In this document: one piece after another, positions 1 to 6,404 of the stretch
Layout: the number at the start of each line of letters is the position of its first letter
How positions within the stretch are numbered: position 1 is the first letter of the stretch
Virus record (IMG/VR): IMGVR_UViG_3300028588_000074
Coordinates: 1 to 28,414 of that record
Strand: one strand, 5' to 3'
DNA from: a virus
Taxonomy: Duplodnaviria; Caudoviricetes
Length of the DNA: 28,414 nucleotides
Notes under the pieces: model-generated
The model's database searches: none
What the model was told of the DNA's origin: nothing
The model's input: only the letters and a program-made list of their open reading frames with translations
Program-made: the position numbers and the translations under genes

Positions 1-2
1 GC

Positions 3-761
3 TCGTCGGTCGGTCGCATGTCGACCGCTTGGGAGTCGTGGCTGGGCACCCCCGAGGGCCACAAGCGTCGTGGCGACTGGAACGCGCCCATCGGATCTGT
101 CGTGTACTACGGCCCCAGCCCGACCCGCACCGACAAGAACAAGAACGCGGGCGACATCGGCGTCAGCATCGGCGGCGGCTACGGCATCTTCACCGACGCA
201 GCCGGTCAGGGGTCGCGTGTCGGCATCATGACGCTGCGCGCACGCGCCGCGCAGATCGGTCGCCCCTACGAGGGGTGGGCTGACAGCCTCGGCGGCCACT
301 CCATCCGACTCGCTACCAACGTCACCGCAGGCGAACTCGCCACCGCAATCAGCAACGCACCCACTCCCGAACAACAGGAAGCAGAACTCATGTCGCAAGT
401 CACGATCCTCACCACCACGGACTCCGGTGCCGACAACGGTCAGACCATCATCATCGGTGGCATCCCCGTCAACCTCGGCCCCGGCAACACCGGCTCCATC
501 AAGAGCGTCAGCGGCGCACCCGTGCAGATCGTCGCCTGCTCGAAGGCCGTCCGTGACTCCGTGGTCGCGGCCTTCTCCAAGGACCACGAGGACCGCATCA
601 TCTACAAGGAGATCACCGGCGGCTACGCGCTGCTCGAACGAGGCCTGTTCCGCATCCTGCACTCCATGGACGCGGTGAACGCCCTGGCTCGCGCTGGCGT
701 CAACGTCGTCGAGATCAACTCGAACGAGTTCAAGGGTCTGGCCGAAACCTTCACCGGCTGA
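3..761 (+). CDS. Endolysin, 5'-truncated: CHAP/NlpC-P60-like catalytic remnant, linker, C-terminal putative cell-wall-binding domain
   Basis: Frame is open from the window start. APIGSVVYYG...AGDIGVSIGGG..IFTD....GRVG...YEGW resembles actinophage CHAP-like lysin domains. Pro/Glu linker (PTPEQQEAELM). Strong GC3 bias. Followed by a terminator. Confidence 0.65.
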   Translation, partial: SSVGRMSTAWESWLGTPEGHKRRGDWNAPIGSVVYYGPSPTRTDKNKNAGDIGVSIGGGYGIFTDAAGQGSRVGIMTLRARAAQIGRPYEGWADSLGGHSIRLATNVTAGELATAISNAPTPEQQEAELMSQVTILTTTDSGADNGQTIIIGGIPVNLGPGNTGSIKSVSGAPVQIVACSKAVRDSVVAAFSKDHEDRIIYKEITGGYALLERGLFRILHSMDAVNALARAGVNVVEINSNEFKGLAETFTG

Positions 762-775
762 CCCAAGAAGCACTT

Positions 776-812
776 GAAAGACCCTACCAATGTGGTAGGG
801 TCTTTCTTGTTG
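776..812 (+). terminator. Intrinsic terminator after endolysin
   Basis: 14-bp stem GAAAGACCCTACCA (776-789) / TGGTAGGGTCTTTC (793-806), followed by TTGTTG. Confidence 0.85.
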
Positions 813-968
813 GGTGCAAGTCACCGAAAGCCATTCTATACGGCGTGGCCTACTCCAAAATGGAGACGGAATCCAAAGTCGTTCTGCAGAGGGACTAAGA
901 CAACCTCGTACGCAAATAGCGTCTTGCCCAACACCTAATCTTCCCTCACCAAACAAGGAGGCAGCAAA

Positions 969-1433
969 ATGACCAAGTTCAAAAAAGGCGACAGGGTTCG
1001 TCACAAGACGCACGGCTACACGGGCCGCATCAAGGCGGTGCGCGAGTCGGCCATGTTCGAAGGCAAGCAGGACATCAGGGTCGGCTACAGAGCATGGTCC
1101 ATCGGCGAAGACTTCGCACCTGCCCCCACGAAGAAGGACCGCAAGATCGCGCACCTCGAAGCGGAACTCACGGCCCTGAACTCCCGCATGCAGTCGCAGA
1201 TCGACAGCCTCAACGCGATCATCGACCGCAACAAGGCACAGCGCGAAGCTAACGAGGTGGCGCAGATCCACTCCGGCTTCTTCCCCGTCGAACTGCTGCG
1301 CACCGTCATCGTGGACGTCAACACGAGAAGCGACGAAAACGGCAGCATCAAGCTCGAAATCGTGATGGTCGCCAACGACCCGCACCGCAAGCGAATCGTC
1401 AACGCCATCAAGACCAAGCTGATCGGGCGGTGA
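969..1433 (+). CDS. Hypothetical protein with SH3-like N-terminus (KFKKGDRVRHK..GYTG) and central coiled coil
   Basis: Strong SD AAGGAGG upstream, GC3-biased codons, heptad-like IAHLEAELTALNSRMQSQIDSLN. Confidence 0.8.
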   Translation: MTKFKKGDRVRHKTHGYTGRIKAVRESAMFEGKQDIRVGYRAWSIGEDFAPAPTKKDRKIAHLEAELTALNSRMQSQIDSLNAIIDRNKAQREANEVAQIHSGFFPVELLRTVIVDVNTRSDENGSIKLEIVMVANDPHRKRIVNAIKTKLIGR

Positions 1434-1437
1434 CCCT

Positions 1438-1929
1438 GTGCTGTCCATCGACCGCAACCGCCGCAAAGCGGCGAAGCTCCGTGCACGCGCTGTGCGCCTC
1501 GATCAGCGCCTGATCGACCAGCACAAGGACGACGACCTCGAAAGCGTCGTGCTGAACGTCGTGGGGCGTGCCACGTACCCGATGACGGACGAGGGGGTGA
1601 CGTTCATCGAGTACGACGGCGTGGTGGATGCCTACCTCGTGCCACGCTTCGAAGTGGAGCGCATGGCGCGTGAGCTGAAGATCCAGGCGGACCAGGCCAT
1701 CGTCAACGGCCAGCGCTTCGCGGCGTTGTCCAGCGATCATCAGCGCCTGGTGGGTGCGAACGAGACGCTGGCCACCGAGAACGAGCTGCTGAAGGGTGGC
1801 GTGACGACCGCGAACCTCGACGACGCCACGCGTGCAGCCCTGATGTTCCGCACGCTGTCTCTGTATGGCACGATCAAGCCTTCCACGCCGCCTTCGCCGT
1901 TGCGCTTCCCCGAGAACGGCGGCTCGTGA
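1438..1929 (+). CDS. Hypothetical protein (coiled-coil C-half)
   Basis: GTG start 4 nt after the previous stop, codon bias, GTGA overlap with the next gene. Confidence 0.75.
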   Translation: MLSIDRNRRKAAKLRARAVRLDQRLIDQHKDDDLESVVLNVVGRATYPMTDEGVTFIEYDGVVDAYLVPRFEVERMARELKIQADQAIVNGQRFAALSSDHQRLVGANETLATENELLKGGVTTANLDDATRAALMFRTLSLYGTIKPSTPPSPLRFPENGGS

Positions 1930-2222
1930 TGGTGAGCAACAATTTGGAGAAGCTGATCGACGACGTGGTGGCAAGTCTGACTGCGGCGCGATCTGAAGCC
2001 GCCAAGCCTCAGTATGGCGCGACTCGCGTTGGTTTTTACATGGATGCCGCGTCCATGGGCGTCAAGGCCATCACAGAGTACGGCAAGCTTCTTGTCGAGC
2101 CTGAGCGCGAAGTCGTCGAGAAGGTACTGCGCGAGGTCGACATCGCTGGCACGCAGACCGAGCGCGAGGACGTTGTTCTCGACGAAGAGGTCAGCCACAA
2201 AACCAAAGTGGGGTTCTACTGA
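1926..2222 (+). CDS. Hypothetical protein with two T[RK]VGFY motifs
   Basis: Coupled by overlaps on both sides (GTGA, TGATG); coding-like codon use. Confidence 0.7.
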   Translation: MMVSNNLEKLIDDVVASLTAARSEAAKPQYGATRVGFYMDAASMGVKAITEYGKLLVEPEREVVEKVLREVDIAGTQTEREDVVLDEEVSHKTKVGFY

Positions 2223-2470
2223 TGGCGCGCTTCTGGGGCGCGATCATCGGACGCGTCGTCATCTCTCTGTGGCTGGTCTACCTCATTGGCGTTCTCGCCG
2301 CACAGGGGGGCTCGTACGGCTGGCGCGAGGAAGTCGCCGCTGTCGGCAGTGGGCTCATCGTGGCGTTCCTACTGCTTCAGACCGTTGCCGCTCTCGGCGG
2401 CTACGTCAGCATCAAATCCCGAGTGAAGAAAGCGAAGCGCGATGGCAGCCCTACAAACCACCGTCCATAG
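2222..2470 (+). CDS. Small membrane protein (2 TM)
   Basis: Two hydrophobic stretches and a basic tail; TGATG overlap. Confidence 0.7.
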   Translation: MARFWGAIIGRVVISLWLVYLIGVLAAQGGSYGWREEVAAVGSGLIVAFLLLQTVAALGGYVSIKSRVKKAKRDGSPTNHRP

Positions 2471-2672
2471 CCCCGTGGGGCCGATCCTTCGGCTCACAGG
2501 GCGCGTCCCTGGCCCCGAGATCAAGTCGGAGGCAGCAAAGCGTCTCCGACAGCAGATCAGGGACGCAGAGGCCCACCTGGCAGAGATCGACAACTGGTAC
2601 CACGACACCACCCGCAACGGCGTCCGAGCCCTGACTGCTGAAGAGATGAACAGTGGCCGACCGAAGAACTGA
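2442..2672 (+). CDS. Hypothetical protein
   Basis: Tiles the operon with short overlaps; helical, coding-like composition. Confidence 0.65.
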   Translation: MAALQTTVHSPVGPILRLTGRVPGPEIKSEAAKRLRQQIRDAEAHLAEIDNWYHDTTRNGVRALTAEEMNSGRPKN

Positions 2673-2904
2673 GTTCGGTGATGACTCGTTCAAGAACGAC
2701 CCGGACATCTTCATCCCGCGTCAGATCGGAAGAGTTGCACCAAAATCGCTCTACTTGGTTTCACTCGACCAAAACCGTGGTACAGTTACTCTCACAAGCG
2801 CACACACAGTAAACGAGTTGGACAGAAGCCACCTCGAAGCTCTGATAGAGTCGCTGCAGGAAGTGAAAGACTTCCTGGAAGATCACCCCCACCTCAATCT
2901 GTAA
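2653..2904 (+). CDS. Hypothetical protein
   Basis: Tiles the operon; protein-like composition; lower GC3 than neighbours. Confidence 0.6.
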   Translation: MADRRTEFGDDSFKNDPDIFIPRQIGRVAPKSLYLVSLDQNRGTVTLTSAHTVNELDRSHLEALIESLQEVKDFLEDHPHLNL

Positions 2905-2931
2905 CACCCCACACACAACAAGGAGAACATC

Positions 2932-3291
2932 ATGGCTTCCACCGCCACCGCCACCCCCGCCGTCGAGGCCACCCCCAAGACCGCCGCCGAGCGCCTCGCG
3001 CTCGCCCTGGGCAAGTTCAAGGAGGCCGAGGGCTCCACCACGTCGCCGTACGACGCCAAGCGCAAGGAGCTGCAGGCCACGATCAAGAACCGCTTCGCGC
3101 AGTTCTCGAAGGACCTCGCCGCCGAGCTGGGCGAGGCGTTCGGTGACGTCGAGGACGTCGACGCCGCCGCCAAGACCGCCGCGTCGCTCAACCGTGCGCA
3201 GACGTCGGCCCTGAAGGCCGTCCGCTCGATCAGCGACGAGACGCTGCAGCGCCGCGAGGTCGGCACCGTCGAGGCCGACACCGCCGAGTAA
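2932..3291 (+). CDS. Highly expressed all-helical hypothetical protein (119 aa)
   Basis: A/C-rich leader, SD AAGGAG, extreme GC3 bias, own terminator downstream. Confidence 0.85.
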   Translation: MASTATATPAVEATPKTAAERLALALGKFKEAEGSTTSPYDAKRKELQATIKNRFAQFSKDLAAELGEAFGDVEDVDAAAKTAASLNRAQTSALKAVRSISDETLQRREVGTVEADTAE

Positions 3292-3309
3292 CACTCGGCA
3301 TCCACCTCT

Positions 3310-3341
3310 GAAAGGGGAGTCGCACACGCGGCTCCCCTTTC
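3310..3341 (+). terminator. Terminator-like hairpin
   Basis: GAAAGGGGAGTCGC-ACAC-GCGGCTCCCCTTTC, 14 bp with one G:U. Confidence 0.8.
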
Positions 3342-3379
3342 GTCATCTCAACCCCCACCACTACACGCAGGAGAAGACT

Positions 3380-4147
3380 GTGACTGTTTCGTTCCCCAAG
3401 ACGCTCGCCATGATCGAGAAGCTCGATCTCAACCACAAGCTCGAACACATCTCGCCGCACGGCATCAGCTCGGTCGGCTACCTCTACATGACGGCGAACC
3501 CGACCGACATCACGCGCAAGGAGTTCGTGCGCGGCAAGACGGCCACGCCCGGCGACTCCACGGCGCTCGCGTTCGCGTACTGGCCTTCCGAGGCCGATGG
3601 CCCCGCGATCTACCGCCAGTACATCGAAGAGACGGTGGAGTTCAAGGAGCTGCGCACCGAGGCTGGTCAGGACGTCACGGCCCAGCAGATCGTCGAGCTG
3701 GCTGCCCTCTGTGCTGGTGTCTCCGAGCGGCACGGCTTCCACGAAGAGGGCGACGAGCTGCGTGGCATCCTCGCCGTGATCGACGAGCCGGGGCACAGCG
3801 ACGCAGGGTCGTCGCAGATCCGAGAGTTGGCCAAGGCCAACTTGACGAACTACATCGGTCAGCGGCTTCTGCTCATCGTCAGCGAAGTCATCGAGGCGCA
3901 GGACGACCTCCGCAACGGCGAACAGCTCGGTGCGGTGTGGTACGAGGACAAAACGGGCCAGCAGTCCAGCGTGCAGGTCGGCAACTACCAGAAGCCGTGC
4001 GGTCCGCTGTCGGAGCTGATCGACGTTCTGGTGCGGGTGTTCGACCTGCTGGGCGAGTTCGGCCTGGCCACGGACGCCGGTCGACTCTTCGTCGAGAAGG
4101 TCGTCTACAACGACAGCCGTCCGTACAAGCACGGCAAGAAGTTCTGA
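3380..4147 (+). CDS. MazG-like nucleotide pyrophosphohydrolase with extra N-terminal domain
   Basis: LLLIVSEVIEAQDDLR and KPCGPLSELIDVLVRVFDL acidic helices plus C-terminal K..YN.SRPYKHGK typical of phage MazG-like proteins; SD CAGGAG. Confidence 0.85.
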   Translation: MTVSFPKTLAMIEKLDLNHKLEHISPHGISSVGYLYMTANPTDITRKEFVRGKTATPGDSTALAFAYWPSEADGPAIYRQYIEETVEFKELRTEAGQDVTAQQIVELAALCAGVSERHGFHEEGDELRGILAVIDEPGHSDAGSSQIRELAKANLTNYIGQRLLLIVSEVIEAQDDLRNGEQLGAVWYEDKTGQQSSVQVGNYQKPCGPLSELIDVLVRVFDLLGEFGLATDAGRLFVEKVVYNDSRPYKHGKKF

Positions 4148-4159
4148 TCTGATCACCTG

Positions 4160-4199
4160 AGGGCCACGCGTTGATTCGCGTGGCCCTTTGGTGTACTGT
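4160..4199 (+). promoter_or_regulatory. Terminator hairpin whose loop is a -35 box; SigA-like promoter TTGATT-N17-TACTGT
   Basis: Inverted repeat AGGGCCACGCG (4160-4170) / CGCGTGGCCCT (4177-4187); loop TTGATT 4171-4176; TACTGT 4194-4199. Confidence 0.65.
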
Positions 4200-4228
4200 T
4201 GAGGTAGACCACTACTTAGGAGGCAACC

Positions 4229-4525
4229 GTGGACGTAGATCCTAACTTGGAAAAAAACGACCCCGTGAATCATCCAGCGCACTACACGCGCTTCGACGCA
4301 GAAGTGATCGAGATCACGCGGCACCTCGATTTCGACAGCGGTAACGCTATCAAGTACATCGCGCGCGCCGGTTTCAAGGACGTGACGAAAGAACTCGAAG
4401 ACCTGAAAAAAGCCGAGTGGTACTTGAATGACCGCATCAAGATGGTCGAAAAGAAGATCAAGTCGTCAGGCGACAAGAGTGCCATGGTGGTCACTGAATC
4501 AAGAACGGGGTTCGTGCGTGAATAA
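4229..4525 (+). CDS. DUF3310 family protein (SaV / T7 gp1.7-like)
   Basis: DPVNHPAHY...EVIEIT....F..GNAIKYI.RAG.K...EDLKKA.WYL signature; SD AGGAGG. Confidence 0.9.
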   Translation: MDVDPNLEKNDPVNHPAHYTRFDAEVIEITRHLDFDSGNAIKYIARAGFKDVTKELEDLKKAEWYLNDRIKMVEKKIKSSGDKSAMVVTESRTGFVRE

Positions 4526-4682
4526 CAGATATGCATTCTGTTCTTCGTGCTTGGGAACCGGCAATGACTTTCTCGATGCTGAGCAAGAGTGCATTGAATG
4601 CGAAGGAAACGGCTGGTGGGACACGGTGCTTCAAGTCCCGATTGCAAGCGTTTACGTACCTTTGGAGGTAAGAGAAAAATGA
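4518..4682 (+). CDS. 54-aa DnaJ-type zinc-finger mini-protein
   Basis: GTG at 4518 overlaps the DUF3310 stop; two CxxCxGxG motifs (CSSCLGTG, CIECEGNG); ATGA overlap with the next gene. Confidence 0.7.
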   Translation: MNNRYAFCSSCLGTGNDFLDAEQECIECEGNGWWDTVLQVPIASVYVPLEVREK

Positions 4683-4876
4683 AAACACTCACCGTATTGC
4701 TTTGGTGCATCACCGGAGCGTCGTTCATCTTGATGTTCACATTTTTCGTGATGTCGATATGGGTGGCAGACGGACGCTGGGCATGGACGGGCATCTTCGT
4801 GATGCTATTCGGGCTAGTAATGACTGGCCTTTCCTCGTTCGTGTGGTCACGTTCCGTTTGGAACGAAGAAAAATGA
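4679..4876 (+). CDS. Small membrane protein (2 TM)
   Basis: SD GGAGG, ATGA overlaps at both ends, two hydrophobic helices. Confidence 0.75.
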   Translation: MKTLTVLLWCITGASFILMFTFFVMSIWVADGRWAWTGIFVMLFGLVMTGLSSFVWSRSVWNEEK

Positions 4877-5286
4877 GTCACGTTGAGCTGCCGATCAACG
4901 ACGGCGGACACATTACTCTCGTGCACTTCGCCGGACGGCTGACGAGCGAGCAGGCGCAGGTCGTTCTCGAAGGACTCGAAAAGATCGGCCCCTCGGGAAT
5001 CGACCTCGAACTGCGCTGGGCCGAAAAAACCACCATGGGTCGCTACAACAACGTCATGGCGTGGATCGTCGACGACGCGTGGGACGTTCTGCACAAGATG
5101 CGTGCACGCCTCGTGAAGGGGCTCGAATCGCGCGGCATCGCCTACTCGCAAGACTTCGCCGGGTGGACGCCTCACGTGTCCAACGCTCATCCCGGCGAGG
5201 TGCAGTGGTCCCGCATGGACCACGCGAAGAAGCTGGTCTTGGTGCAGAAACCGTACAGGCTAGAAGTGCCTTTCGTGAAGTCATGA
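4873..5286 (+). CDS. 2H phosphodiesterase (LigT/Acb1-like)
   Basis: Two HxT/S motifs (GHITL, TPHVS) about 85 aa apart in a 137-aa protein; ATGA overlaps at both ends. Confidence 0.75.
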   Translation: MSHVELPINDGGHITLVHFAGRLTSEQAQVVLEGLEKIGPSGIDLELRWAEKTTMGRYNNVMAWIVDDAWDVLHKMRARLVKGLESRGIAYSQDFAGWTPHVSNAHPGEVQWSRMDHAKKLVLVQKPYRLEVPFVKS

Positions 5287-5759
5287 AAGCCGTGCCAGGA
5301 TACGAAGGCTACTTCGTAAATGAACAAGGTGAAGTCTTTTCGACTCGAAGGTACTCTGTGCCTCGAAAGCTGAAGACATCCATCGGAACTGACGGGTATC
5401 CGCAGATTTCGCTAATGGTCAACGGGAAAAGCACTTCCGCTGGAATTCACGTCCTAATTGCACTTGCCTACATCGGTCCACGGCCCGAAGGGCAAGTAGT
5501 TCGTCACAAAGACGGCGACAGCTCGAACTCTGTGCTGTCCAATCTTTGCTACGGCACGCCCGCTGAAAACGCTCGTGACACCGTGGAGCATGGCCACCAT
5601 CACTATGCGAAGCTCGAACAGTGCGTAAACGGCCACGAATTCACGGAAGAGAACACGTACTACCGGCCCAGCCCACCGGGAACGGTGTGGAGAACGTGCA
5701 GAAGGTGTGCCGCAAATCGGCAGGCTGGGTATGATCAGAAGAGCCGGGTCATGGGATAG
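5283..5759 (+). CDS. NUMOD4-HNH homing endonuclease
   Basis: VPGYEGY.V...GEV (NUMOD4), H.LIA.AYIGPRP....VRHKDG...N..LSNL.YGT..EN (HNH), C-terminal C..GH...ENT....CRRC. Confidence 0.9.
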   Translation: MKAVPGYEGYFVNEQGEVFSTRRYSVPRKLKTSIGTDGYPQISLMVNGKSTSAGIHVLIALAYIGPRPEGQVVRHKDGDSSNSVLSNLCYGTPAENARDTVEHGHHHYAKLEQCVNGHEFTEENTYYRPSPPGTVWRTCRRCAANRQAGYDQKSRVMG

Positions 5760-5769
5760 ACTGTCCCCC

Positions 5770-5848
5770 ATCGGGCCACAAGCCCGACTGCACTCCTTGT
5801 GGTGAGGGGCAACTAGAGGGCCAGCCGGTCAGCATCGGCTGGCCCTTC
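5770..5848 (+). ncRNA. Candidate small RNA: kissing-loop/pseudoknot plus terminator
   Basis: -10-like TAGACT 5757-5762; hairpin TCGGG/CCCGA with loop CCACAAG complementary to CTTGTGG (5796-5802); terminator 5817-5846. Confidence 0.4.
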
Positions 5849-5850
5849 TG
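5817..5850 (+). terminator. Terminator hairpin upstream of terS
   Basis: AGGGCCAGCCG (5817-5827) / CGGCTGGCCCT (5836-5846), followed by TCTG. Confidence 0.75.
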
Positions 5851-5855
5851 TGCGC

Positions 5856-5861
5856 TAAGAT
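5856..5861 (+). promoter_or_regulatory. -10 box (TAAGAT) for leaderless terS mRNA
   Basis: TAnnnT 6 nt upstream of ATG 5868; no SD. Confidence 0.6.
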
Positions 5862-5867
5862 CATCAC

Positions 5868-6404
5868 ATGAGTGAGCAGACAGCACAGGGCGACGGTCTA
5901 CTGCAGATCGTGCACGCGGCCCGCACCAAGGGCAAGTCGTACATGGAGATCGAGCGCCTGTACAAGATCCCCGCCCCTCGTGCTGAGCGCCTGATGAAGG
6001 ACTACTTTGCGAGTCGCGCCGCAGAGATCGACCCGAACGAGCAGCGCCTGCTCATGCTCGACCGCTTCGAGATCCTCATCGAGCCGCTGATGGACATGGC
6101 GCGCCTCGGCAACATCAAGAGCGCCGAAGTGTTGATCAAGAACCTCGAAGCGATCAACACCCTGCTGGGGCTCAACTTGGAGCAGACGAAGCAGGAAATC
6201 ACGATCATCAACCAGCAGCAGACTACCGTCATCGTGGACGTCGTGGGCGCTGTCACGAACCAGCTCATGTCTCTGGTTCAGGCCAACGTGCAGGACAACT
6301 TGGCCTTGGCCAAGATTGAGGACAAGTGGGATCAAGTGGTGGCCGACTCGTACAAAATCGAGGCCACTAAGATCATCGACACTGAGATGAAGGTTCTCAG
6401 CTAA
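5868..6404 (+). CDS. terS: Terminase small subunit
   Basis: N-terminal HTH-like (GKSYMEIERLYKIP), helical body, TAATG overlap with terL. Confidence 0.75.
   Translation: MSEQTAQGDGLLQIVHAARTKGKSYMEIERLYKIPAPRAERLMKDYFASRAAEIDPNEQRLLMLDRFEILIEPLMDMARLGNIKSAEVLIKNLEAINTLLGLNLEQTKQEITIINQQQTTVIVDVVGAVTNQLMSLVQANVQDNLALAKIEDKWDQVVADSYKIEATKIIDTEMKVLS

Noticed and set aside
3380-4525. Z-genome (2-aminoadenine) pathway
   Set aside because: No PurZ or HD-domain dATPase in the window; the apparent restriction-site avoidance argues against global base substitution.
5283-5759. HNH as part of a group I intron or intein
   Set aside because: Free-standing, coupled by an ATGA overlap; flanking genes look intact; no intron core recognised.
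5757-5868. Stop read-through fusing HNH to TerS (same frame, pseudoknot after TAG)
   Set aside because: Two further in-frame stops (5814 TAG, 5856 TAA) and a terminator intervene.
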